Both the position numbers and the translations under genes were made by a program. Shown here in pieces: positions 14,001 to 28,100 of a stretch of 64,000 nucleotides of DNA; the stretch's first letter is position 1; the number at the start of each line of letters is the position of its first letter. The notes beneath the pieces are model-generated. The model searched no databases. It was not told where the DNA came from and saw nothing but the letters and a program-made list of their open reading frames with translations. This DNA comes from Raillietiella orientalis (Eukaryota), in the NCBI GenBank assembly GCA_036172245.1, contig JAYWIR010000005.1, positions 6,076,001 to 6,140,000 of the forward strand, in the 5' to 3' direction.

Positions 14001-16684
14001 CATCTGCAATCCGCCACGCATGCGAAGCCCTCCCTTTGTTAAAGACAACTGAGATCAATCCTGCAATAGGAAGATTATGGGCTTCGAAGCGAATGGTCAT
14101 ACTACTACTACTACTCCTTCCTGCACAGAAGGGAATCGTGATCCACCACCGAATGGCCGAAAAGCTAATGAGAATTTGATGCGGGCAAAGAAAAAGGAAA
14201 GCAACTGACAAATCAAGTTGTAGCCATTGGGTGTCAGCACACTTATTAGTTTCTGCCTTTCCTCTTTTGCTTTGAATTTGCGAATGTTTTCGTGTGTCGA
14301 GTGTCCCAAACTTCGTGTCTTGCAGGCGGTCGCATTTCCACTTTGATTTTTGGACTGAGGTCCCCCAAAGGTGCAGTGGGATAGGTCGACAAGGGGTTTC
14401 GTGGAATACCAAGTGCGTTTTCAGACAAATGACGCAAGTGCATCTTTTTGGGGAAGGGGGGGTCTTTTTGGGTTGTTGTAGACTCTAGACGGCTTTCTTC
14501 ATTCTGTGACTCCCGAATTCCAAGTGTCCTTTCCGTGGTGTCTTCCTCTTGCAGTAGGCTTTCAATACATTGACGTTGCCCTCTCACGTGTTCTCAACTG
14601 CAAGAAGCTCGTCAGACTTTGAGGTGTTATTTATTTTTACTCGGAGCATCACGAAGTACACGCGTTAATGGAACTTGGGGCAGTTGTTAGCATCATCTAA
14701 ATGCTAAGGTAAACACCACTTTCACATCCTGAACACGTACATTCAGTTGGTGCTTGCATCAGTGCAGTTATAAGCTTTGGACTAAGTGGTATACGAAAGC
14801 AAGGGCAGTTTAGGGGTACGAGGAATGTAGCAGGTTTTTGGTTTTATTTTCATAACTGATTCAGCCCATACAAAAATTCAATCGACCCAACAAAGATTTT
14901 TCAAATATGTTTTCCTTACGGCTGTGCATTCATTTTTTTAATTATTAGTATCATTATTGTTTGTATACTACTATTTGAAAGAAGTTCATAAAGTTGAGAG
15001 AATGAAAAAAATCAATCCCAACAACAGTTTTCCAATACTCATTTGTAACTGAGCCATCTTTCTGTTCTTTCTGTATGGAGTTTTTTTCATTCTTTTGTTG
15101 ATGCACACTTAAATGTATACATTCATGTTCCTGGGAAGTTTCTTAATTCGTTTCAGTGAAGTTCTAAAAGAGAATAAGCACTCCTTTCAGTATGAATTAC
15201 ACATAGAATCTTATCTATCTTGTGCTTTAACGGCTGCTCACATCATCTAAAGTGCCGTGGTATCTACAGGGGTGTTTTTTTTTCTCGCAGGTGCTTGGGT
15301 TCAATGAAATCCACAAAGTTGAAAATGATACTTTGCTCACAGATATAATTTTTTAGTTTATCCCTCTCTGGAGAAAAGTTTGAAGTTGCAATTTGTGCAA
15401 TTACTGAAGCAGCAGTTTAATTTTTCATCATCATCATCATGATGAGAATATTTGGAGAAAGGGCTTTCAAATGTATTGATATCCAGCAAATATGAACGAC
15501 TTAGTCCTGGTCAGTGAATAATTAACATCAGGAATCAATAAATAACAGATGTAGACAGTGGTTAGGCAACAAATTTGTTACTTCATTAGAAAACAAGGCA
15601 CTCTAAGACCAAAGCATCCAAAAGAATGGGATTTTTAAAATGGCATTGGTATGCTACTATAAAGGAAAAATAAACATATCAGTTGAAACAATTCAAAATT
15701 GTGAAATCATTAATATTGTAAGCGTAAATAATTTTTGCCAGTAATATACATGGTTGTAAAAATATATTTTTTATATTTCAGAAATTAAAAATTCCTGAAA
15801 TATAAAAAATCATCATTCAATTTTGTATGTATGCATAGCATACGTATATATGTATGAATTTAATTCCAGAAACTCTCCTCTTATCCAGTAATGGATTTTC
15901 TTATGATAGGAAAACAGACATAGTATGATGAGCAACATTATATTCCAGAATTATGTCTTCTTGGACTGTTTTAAAAGACAACCATTATTGTTGCATTTGG
16001 TTCCCATTTTTAAAATTAAGACAAACTTTATCAGAGAATTTTATTTTTTTTGGCTTTTCAAACATGTGAAAGTACAAAAATGGGAGGCAACAACAAGGAA
16101 TTTAATCCCAAAAGGTTTCTGCATATACATATATAAACGTATATGCATAATAATGTGAATATTCAGTTAGGAGGTACTAGAAGCAACTGTACCCTCAGGT
16201 TTCATGAATATGGACTTTTCATGTGATTGGCAGCAGAGTTTCATTTTTAACTTGTATAAATCAAGAAGGCATTAACTGTCAACTGTATAGATGCACTGCA
16301 TGTTTTTCAGTGATTTTATAAAGTAGGATTACAGGTGCAAGTTGAGATGCATGGTTTGGGACTCCATTTGAGAGAAAAAAAACCTGTATTCACACACACA
16401 TGCATATATAACAATAGCATAATGGACATGGTGCGTAATTTGATGACTGCTTGGAAATAGGTCTCAAGCATATTGTTTCATAAACTTGGTAGTAATGTAT
16501 CATGTCCTGCTAGCATGAAGTAAGTTTTGCATTGTCTTTATGCTGAAATTGAGCAGTCTGAACATCGTAAAATGTCATAAATTATTCATGCAATGAAAAC
16601 AAACTCTATAGTATGTATAAGTAGATATACATGAAAATAAATAAATAAGTATATTTCTTTCCACATGGCTATAAGAGTAACTAT

Positions 16685-16804
16685 GCAATACCATCACACA
16701 GAATCCATCATCTACTTTCCACAATGACATGAAGATAGACATCCTTTGATTCCATGCTATTATTGCAGCAGATTTAGGGATCATTTTTCTTTGCTACTAA
16801 ATGA
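16685..16804 (-). pseudogene. Degenerate tandem duplicate of the last Med16 coding exon, lying in or just after its 3'UTR
   Basis: Aligns by eye with 16841-16964 (shared cagaatccatcatc, gacatgaagatag, ttgcagcagatttagg, ttgctact) at roughly 80% identity, with 1-, 2- and 3-nt indels that break the frame. Confidence 0.88.
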
Positions 16805-16846
16805 ATACATTTGTTTCTATGTTGCTGTAGCATTAAATAAGCAATA

Positions 16847-19532
16847 TCAGCAAACAGAATCCATCATCCACTTTCCAGAACATGGACATGAAGATAGCCA
16901 TTTTTGATCCCATGCTCTTGTTGCAGCAGATTTAGGAGGCATTTTTCGCATTGCTACTGCATGACACCTGCAAATGATAAGTGTAAGATAACACTTTATA
17001 TTTCATACACCTTGAAAATACTTCTACTAAAAAATATTTACAAGCATGATTTAATCCATGCTCACCTGGTGCAAGTTTTGTAGAGTTGTGAATTGCTACC
17101 TAAATACGTATGATGCACTGCATCTTTTAAGGGAGACCTTTCTTTTACTTGGGTTTTAGTATCTCCGTATTCCACCTTACAGAAAGTAATGTAATGATTT
17201 CTTCAGAAAAAAAAAACTTACAAATAAGGGCATGTTGGACAACATGAAAGTTGGCGACAAAACACCCCTAGCAGGGATTGTTACATTCAAATTTGGGACT
17301 AAGACCTGACTAGATAGCAGGCTGCAGTCATCTGAAATTCAATAAACGAGTATCATAGTGTCAAAGTTCAAATCATCAAAAATCTCACCTAACAAGGACT
17401 CATCGAGTGTTTCTCCTGCATGCAGCAATCTAGTTACCAACCGGTATAGGATGGACAATACATCCAGGTTATCTGCTACTTTGAAAAAGATTGGCAGACA
17501 ACTTGCCCTGACTAAACCCCACATGCGAATTAGAATTAACAACTCTCTGAGGGTGGACAACACTTTGACATCTAGGAGAAGTTCACTATGGGGTCCTTTG
17601 TTTGGAAGGGCAGTCAACAGGTAGAGACTGAGATCAGCAACCCACTGAGTGAGTTGCTGCACCGATTGCAGAGTGGTGGGTTCCACTGTGCACTCCATGG
17701 ATAACTTATCTAAGTGAACTACTGCTTTGTCTAGATCGGCCATTCCTTCCATGCCTTTGCTACTTAGAACAGATGTCAATGTGTCAGCTAAATCTTTTTC
17801 CTGATTGATTGTGAGATCTGCTGGTCTCAAAAGGGATTTGCAGAAGGATGCCACACAGTGCAGCATCAGCTGCATATAGCAATCTGTTGCCTGACTGCTG
17901 CCCTGAGCACGCAATAAAATGACCCGAATGGAAAGAAAACGAGAATAATAAAGTTGCTGGGTTATGGCTGGCTGGCGAAAAAACTGTTCTTGCAACCGAA
18001 GTGCTAGGGGCTCAAGCTGTACTGCCTGTGCTGCTGCTAAGACATCCCAGCAATCTGTGCCTGTGACCAAACATTTTTCTAACAGAAGGATCAGCCAGGA
18101 TAAGCTAGCCTGGCTGTCTCCAAGGGGAAGGCCACGAAAAACACATAAGTCGTTATTGGTGCTTAAGCCCACCAGTATGCAACCATTTGGGGTCCACATG
18201 AGTTGCTTCAACGAAAATTGCAGCTTACTTAACTTTCCTTCGCTCCTTTCTATGTTAGGAGTAGGAACTGAAGCAAGCTGCTGCAAAGAGTCTGCTGCTA
18301 AACAGTGAATTCCACCATCCTGACTATAGATGGCTAGCCATGGCAAGCCTGGTACAACATGCAGCAATGGGGATACGAAAGAGCTGGCAGCCTGAAGCTG
18401 CCATGATAGTAAATGCAGGGGTTCTGCTTTTAAAAAGGTCTTGTGCAATGGTACTGACTGCATGTGTAACTGCCACAGTTCTAGTAATCGATCTGAAGCA
18501 TGGCTATAGCTTATGAGGAGCTTCAGGGTGCCCAACTCTTCTTTTGTGGCAAATCTCACACTGTAGATGCACCCTAACCATTACTGCATTAAATGTTGCT
18601 CATTCCTTCTTTCATACCTGGTGCACTATGTTGGGACACTTGCAGGCATGGCATGGCAACAGATGAAAGGTTGATATCAGCTCCTACTTGTATTTTACAA
18701 ATACATATAGGTTCCAGCAAACTTGCTGAACTTAATGCAAGCATCAAAGACCCATCTGATAGGATGAAACGTATTCCTAAGTTGAGAATTCATAGATTAC
18801 CTTGCATGTAGCAATAGTCGGCTTGAGAGAATTTGATCTGAGGGGTTTCCAAGCAACACTGTGTTACTGTGGACTCCACCCCCCACTGCAAAGGTATCAA
18901 TGATACAATTCCTGAAAATCCTAGAGTAAGCAGTCCATCTCCAGCACAACCACCACATATTCTCCAGGTAGGTACAAAAGGCATGCTAACGAATTTGTCT
19001 TGGTACAAACTGCTATCTAATTTATCAGGTACCAGCGTCATCTGAAATGAGAACATTGAATGCTGTTGTTGAAATTTCTCCTTGCCTTATTCCAGGGGTG
19101 AAGCCACATTCCTAAAAGCAACTTTTCTCCTGGCAGACTGGTTTTATGTATACATTCCCAGTTATTCAAAATGAAATCCTGGGCCTGCCATATTTGTGTT
19201 TCTCCAGTAAAAGTCAATATAGCCAGACGAAAACCAGTGAAGTCCCATGAGATATGTGTCACTTTTGGGTGAAAAGATGTTACTTTATATAATTGTCCAG
19301 GAAGATTTAGATCAGTCACATATATGTGACTACCATGAGTTTCAGAGTCTTGAGACTGGATAAGTGGATAGCAAGAAACGAAAGCAACAACATTATGTAC
19401 AGACACATCTAAAACTTTTTTTCCATGACATCCATCCCTGGAAAGCATTTCACAGAAGTTGCCATTTTTCCAAAATTATATATCTCACTGGGTGCTCTGA
19501 TGTTTGCATCCAACTGAATAAAGCAGCTCCAT
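16847..19532 (-). CDS. MED16: Mediator of RNA polymerase II transcription subunit 16 (8 coding exons)
   Basis: Hand-spliced exons 19532-19489, 19437-19086, 19041-18801, 18755-18618, 18573-17389, 17331-17222, 17175-17066, 16967-16847 join in frame. Protein starts MELLYSV..., has a WD-like N-terminus (ISWDFTGFRL, NNWE, WLHP), central LVTGTDCWDVL, LQSVQQLTQWVADL and LRELLILIRMWG motifs, and a C-terminal KTCTRC...AWDQKWLSSCPCSGKW segment, all matching known MED16 motifs. Intron 2 is GC-AG. Confidence 0.95.
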
Positions 19533-19624
19533 TTGAACCAACAGTTCCCTTAGAAAAACCAAAGTTGAAAGAAAACTAATCTTCTACAGGTGGTCTGATG
19601 GCCATCAGATGCCTCCCACCCCCA

Positions 19625-19664
19625 TTTATTCCCTTTCAATCCAAGAACTCTTAAAATTATTTAT

Positions 19665-19665
<1 letters not shown>
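19625..19665 (-). terminator. Candidate Abi polyadenylation signals (AATAAA at 19665-19660 and 19630-19625)
   Basis: Two canonical hexamers immediately downstream of the Abi stop codon on the coding strand. Confidence 0.6.
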
Positions 19666-21870
<2,205 letters not shown>

Positions 21871-22984
21871 AATCGCACTTTCCTTTGACTGTCTGCAGCT
21901 TCCCTCCGACTGTATCAGTTACGGATGCCGAGTCTTCTTCTCGAGTCCCCTTCCAGGATGGCGAGGTTCGTGCAATTTGTCATATCAGCAAACTCTCACA
22001 CGGCACTTCCCGCCGGCTCCCGCCACAAAACACACCAACCACCTCCGGCCTGGATGCGCGCAAGACGGGACACCCCTGCAAGAAGTCGGGAGGGAACACT
22101 TCGCGTTGCCAACGGACCGAAAGCCACGGTTCGCCATAGAGTGTGCTCTTTATTTGGTCAATGATGCGTGCACGAGGTGTTCCACTTGTCGCCGATCAGG
22201 GTGGGCTTCCGACTTTTCGGCTACTTCGACAAGTAGGGTCAGACGACCATGGGGCTGAGAAATCGGCGTTTTCGAACCACCTGCGTCCACGGCCACGGAT
22301 CGCCACATTTCCACGGATGGCTGGCGTACGCATGTCTGGAGCGACCCATCCCGCGGGTGTGCGTAGTCACAAGAAGGTTATCTCCGGCCTTCCAATTACG
22401 CGCGGTCGGTGAGCAGGTGCGTGAACCCCACGCTCTTGCCGAACAGGACAGTGCTGACATGGCAACGGGTTCTGGAAGCCGAGGAAGCGAAAGGCTGCAT
22501 CTGGAAGAGGATGACGCCTCACCCAGCTAAGGAAGGTCATCTCGGGAAAGCAAAGCCGTGTCCATCCGACACTCTTCCTCCAGGACTTTCGAAACGAAAC
22601 AGTTGCCTGAAGTTCTAAAAGTATGTTCTCTCTGCCTCCCCCTCTCTGGGTGTTCGTACACCCTGAGTGCGTGATGCACACACAAACGCACACGCTGAGC
22701 ATTCTGGATTCATTGTTTATGTTGTCATTGGCAGTAGTGTTTATTTAAACACATCTCTCTTTGGCGTACTTCCTGGATGAACACACCACGAAAAACGTTG
22801 TAAATGATGGATGGAAACGCCCATGGATTTTGCCTTCAGATTCACTGACGGAGCTGTGAGGTCGGGAGGAAGTATGAACGAAGATGCGTTTACGCCGTGA
22901 AGATTGAACAAGCTGCTGGGAATCGATGCATTTTTTTTTTTTCTCCCCTTTTCTTCCAAACCCCGAGCACCGGCGCGGCTCTTC

Positions 22985-23172
22985 CTGCAGGAGTGCAATG
23001 CTGATTTCCCGTTCCGCATGAGGGAGTGGCTGGCCAACGTCCTGCAGGACCTCTCCGAGAGGAGGGAGCTGGGCGACCGCTACAGGGGCGTGGACGCTGA
23101 TCCGGGGAAGGACAGCAGCCTCCTCTGGGCAGAGGTGCCGCCGCCGTCTGTAAGTGGTGTGATCTTCTTCAG
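22985..23172 (+). pseudogene. SPARC: Isolated, frameshifted SPARC/BM-40 extracellular-calcium-domain exon
   Basis: Translates DFPFRMREWLANVLQDLSERRELGDRY...LLWAE, then after a frame shift at about 23135 AAAVCKWCDL, matching the arthropod SPARC pattern DFPxRMRxWLxNxxxDL...WxxAAVWKWCDL. Ends at a CAG|GTATGT donor. Strongly GC3-biased island in AT-richer surroundings; no other convincing SPARC exon seen. Confidence 0.72.
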
Positions 23173-25082
23173 GTATGTGAAATGAAAGACACGATGCGAG
23201 TGAGACAACCAGTTGAGAAACAAAAGGCACTCCTCGTTGCCCACTCCTCTTCTGAATATGGTTTCTGTGTGATTCAGAGAAACTGATTTGCAAGCTTTCA
23301 AACAGATCATTTAGGGTGTGTTTATCACCCAGCGGCTTTTCATATGTTAGAAGCCATTAGCATATTCAGATAGATGACATTTGCACTTCATTCGAAAAAT
23401 CGGAATTTTCAGGAGCATCTGTCAAATCGGAAATCCAAAAACACTGCCATTTCTATGCAGCTGATCGGAAGGAACGAGCCAACGATGTAAATAACCGGGG
23501 TGTTCCCAAGACCTCTAGGAACTCTAGAAAACGCACTTGCTATTCTAATGGAAGAAGAACAACGAGACTGGCAGTTTCTCACCACACTGTCTTTGAAGGT
23601 TGTTTCCGATTGCTGAAGATCGATTGGTTACTTACTCCTTAGTTGTAGTTCCTATCGTTGAGGAGTTGCAAACGTTTGAAGGTATGCAAAACAAGCTATT
23701 GAAATTCAACTGGTGGATATTACAAACGAAAGGCTTTCATCGTTCCAGGATCATCATGAATTTTGATTAGATACTTAGTCTCCACTTTACAATCTTCAGT
23801 TTCACAGGGCAAAGAATATGGTTGGGTTTTGCCGAGCATGCAGATCTCTTTTCTTTTCTTAAAATTCACATCAGAACATCCTCGTGCTCTTACTCAAAAA
23901 AAGCATTCTCTTTTCGTGCAGTCCAAGCATGCGTATTCTTCAACTCTTTGGTCTTTTCCTTGCGTAACGCAATTAAATTCTGTTTCAAGCCGCCACAGGA
24001 CCAGGCATCTCGTCCCTCTTAGCTCTTCTGGGTCTCAAAGAAGTGGAAAAAATGATGATGCTGAACGACTTCGACGCGAGTTCTACGCTGAGCTGCCTGC
24101 GTCTGTTCTGCTTCTTCAGGAAGAAACTTCTTCCATCGTCGCGTTGTCGTAGAAGTCTTCAATTTTCAAAATTTCCTCTTTGCTCGAGTCCTCAGCTTGA
24201 CTGCCTTCTATGTTGCTCGTTTCTTGTGCGCGTCGCAGCAAATTTTCAAGACCAAACCATCGGAGGACCTCTCCAATATTGGACCCTTGGACTTCATGGA
24301 AGGCACGATTTCTTCCCGTTCATTCGGTGCAGACGAGTCGCCGGTTCGGCATTCTTGCAACCTTTTAAGGGGAACATCCATGAATCCCGGCAAAGAGCTG
24401 GAATCCCTTCGTGGTGCACGGCCAACGGGATGTCCAAAGGATGAGGAAGGGCGCCCAGAGCAAGGGCACGGACGCCTTCGAGAGACGGAGAAACGCAACC
24501 TTCTCATTTCGATCTGTTTGGACGAAAGTGTCCTCTTTCAAGAGGGACCACCGGAGGGGGTCTCCAAGAAGTTTTTGGGGACCCCCTCGGTAGTCTTTCA
24601 GAAGCGTATGCTGCAACGCATATCGCTTGAGGCCCAATTTTTCATTCCCGCAAGCGAAGGATTGGTTCGTCCAGGGAAGAAGGGTTTATGGTCCATTAGG
24701 GGTCGCAGCCCAGAGTTCTCCACGTTTGCGCCATTCCCGAAAGTTCGCCTCCGGGATGATTCCGCGTTTGCCGACCTATGGAGTTCGTCCATCATCGGTC
24801 CGGGGACCTCTCGGCCACTGAGAGAGCGCATCGGAATTGCCCGGGTCGGCAGCTCGAGACGGAGACCGGAAGGCTCCACCCGAAGTTACGGGGACCCCGC
24901 CTGAACGCTTCGATTCGGCGGGAACTTCCGCTGGCAGGCCCACCTGTTGAGTGCTCTCCGTGGCCACCTCCTGAGAGCGAGGTGGGGTGGGAATGGTGGA
25001 GGGGGCACGCGTCTCCGAGCGGACACATCCGCCCTCTCGTGATTGTTTCAAGACTCTCGGGCGAAGCAGGAGCTGCTCGGGT

Positions 25083-25121
25083 CGCCATGGAGACCGGCGG
25101 AGGGCGCCGGTCTCCATGGCG
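25083..25121. repeat. Perfect inverted repeat, 17-bp stem with 5-nt loop; arms resemble RFX X-boxes
   Basis: cgccatggagaccggcg-gaggg-cgccggtctccatggcg, pairing checked base by base. Confidence 0.9.
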
Positions 25122-28100
25122 TAAGCTCGCAGCGGGTGGGTCGCGGATGACCGCATCTCTGTTCCTTTCTTCCCCTCCCCTTCCACTCTCCCGACTTGAG
25201 TGCTCTCGGGGGGGGGGGGGGGGGGGAATCCTCCTGGTCACCGCCACGCTACGGGGAGCACCCAACCAGCTCTTCCTCCTCCCCCTCTCCCTCCAAAGGG
25301 AGGACATCGCCCGCGGCGAGCGAGGTCCGAAGCCTCCCCATTGCTTGCTTTTATTTGTCGCCCCTTACCCTCTGCACTCCGCGCCTTTTCCTACGGACCA
25401 CGCGCGCGACGCTTCTCTCCCTATGCTGCCTCACTGTGCACCCGGTCCCGATATGAGATGGAAGAGTCCCATGGTGATGACGCCGATTTCCGCGGGTCCG
25501 GGAAGCGAGGTGGATGCAGGGAGAATGGGGGTAGAGGTGCTGTTGTCGCGGGTTCACGCACTGGCTAGTCGGCTCGTAACTGCCCTGGGGCCACCGCCGT
25601 GTATCTGACATCCCGGACTGGTCCGTTTCGTCGCTCCCAGAGCGAGGGCGGTGGCGATCGGACATGGCGCCCCGGGACGACGGCCACACCTCCTCCCTCT
25701 GCGCCCGTCCCCGCTGCTCACTCACAGAAAAGGATTGTCAGCGGGGCGAAGTCCGCAGAAGGTCTCGTGGGACATCGTCTAGGAGAGAGGAAGGAGGGGG
25801 GAGGGAGCTAATGTGGCCTCTTCCCTTCCCCACGGTGCGCACTCGGAAGAGATCCCGCTGCTCCTCGGCGGGAGGGATCCTGGGGGTTCTCTGGAGCGCC
25901 GCGACTTTCCTCGCTTCCAGGAGGACTGCGGCGGCCACCGGCAAGATAGTGGTTGCGACGAGAAAGGGCGGTAAGACAATGTGGGAAACGCGACTCCTCG
26001 GATCGCCAACGGCGCGTGCCCTTTCCCCTATTCCGCTTGCCCAGTCATCAACGTTTTCAGCCCGCCCTACAATCGCTCCCAGGTTTTAACTCTTGGAGAC
26101 TTGGACGACTTACGCTCTGGTGCCTTCCGCATCTGGGTGCGGGTCTTTGGGTTGAGCAGTTTGCCACCCTCCTGGCGGGCAGGAGCTCCCCCCCTCGATC
26201 GTCCCAAGAGCCCTCGGCAGTGCTCAGGGTCCCTGGCTTTCCCCCCCTTGACATTGGCCCCCTTGACCAGAGGCGGGTTGGTTCCACCCCCTCGGGGCAC
26301 CCTTGTCCGGGGACACGCAGTTCGAGGTAGGAGTCCCTCCCTGGACCTAGGAATCCCAGCGGTTCGCCAGGGGGACGCCCTCCCCTTTGCGCTCGTCCCT
26401 CCTGCGCGGGTTCCGGCGGCTGCCCTCCCAGTGCTCGCTGCTCCTCTGATCCCGCCTCCGGGCTCTCCGCCCCTATGGGCGACGAGCCTCCCCGCCCAAC
26501 TGCACGGGCTCTTGGCTCTCTTCGACCAGCGGAGCCTCCTCCTCCATGGGCCCTCCTCGTACCCAGAGGAGTCTTTCCGATGAGGTCAGGGCAACCGACG
26601 AGCCATGCGACGGTGCGCCCCGTCCCAAGAGACCCGACAGCCCGGACGGGGGCGGGCAGTTTCGGTGGGAATGCAGACTCCGCGGCCCCTGACCAACCGG
26701 GAACCTTCCGTTCCGGGGGCAAAGGCGGAGTCTTGACCTTTCTCGGGAGCGTAGAGCCGGAGCCGTCGCCGCGGAGACCCTGGTTTCGACCGGCACCGGC
26801 TGCAAGGCGTCCGGAGACGTGGCCTCCCAGGGTACGAGTATCCCTTCCTCGGCAGTGGGAGGCGCCGGCTCTGAGCTTCGCCGCCAGGACGAGGTGCCTG
26901 CTGCCTCCCATCGTGGTGCGCGGCTCGCTCGAGCCGGGGGCTGAGAAGGGGACCAGAAGGAGGTAAGGGGCACTTTCCGGGGTGGCCTCCGGGAGTCTCG
27001 AACGCCAGGGTTTCTTCCGGCCGCTCTCGGGGCGAGTGGTTCACCCTGGGGGTGGGGTTCGCGCGCGCGAGGACGGTTGCCAGCCGTGAGCGCCTGCTGA
27101 GGCGGCACCGCGCTTTGGGGTCTCGAGGCTCGAAAGGGAGCGGGGGCAACCTTGTGTGTTCTCCTGACGGATAGCCCTCCCGATGACGTCGGCGACACTC
27201 CCGGTGACTCCGAACTCGCCCGGCAACTCCTGTCCGCGCGTCCGACCATCCCGAGAGTGGCGAGCGACTGCGGCGGCCAGTGGAACGCTCGAGAGGCCGT
27301 AGGATGGATCATTTCATCGGCCCCTGCCCTTTCCGCAGGGCGCCACTTCTGGGCGGTACTCCCTGAGGAGGATTCCTGGACGTGAGCAACGCTGGACGTG
27401 CGTCGATTGCGTCCTCGTCCATTCCGGACTCTTCCGACTGCCTACAGGGAGCATCCCCACCGCATTACGAGCCGGCGACGAAGAGGAGGATTTCAGGAGA
27501 TTCCCTGTCCAACCGGGGATTTGCCCCGGATGAGGCACCCTATTCTTCCTTGGATCAAAGATGAGGGCATCTGGAAGGAAGGGTTCGGCACTTCCATGAC
27601 ACACACACGCCCTTCCCTCTCCTCGAAGGCACCTTCCAAAGGCAGGTGGGGAACCCAAAGAACCCGCTCTTTTCCCCGCCGTCGGGAATCAAAATGGACG
27701 TTGCAAATGGGGAGCAACAAGGACGACCTTCCTATTCTGTTCCTGAACCCTTCGCCCCCTCCGGCTCTTCCGAGATCGCATCCTCGAGTGACCTTTCCGT
27801 CCAGTGCTCTTCGGGTGCCGCGGCTGTCCCTCTCGGACGCTCTCGCAGGTTGCTCAGGATGAAGCGTTTCGCGCGCCGGGGTTGCCGGAAGAGGGCAGAT
27901 CGCCTCCAGCAAGAGAAACGTACGAGCAAAAGGGTCCGGTGAGGAGCGCACCGTCTTGTTGCTGTCTTCGCAATGGCTCTGCTATCCCCGGATGCTGGGT
28001 CGCGTCGTCAGACGCCCTGCTGCAGGGAAGGACCCGCTGCGTCCTTTCGAAAAAAGGCCGGAAGCGACGGGCCTCTTTTGCATTCTTCGCGGCAGCGGTA

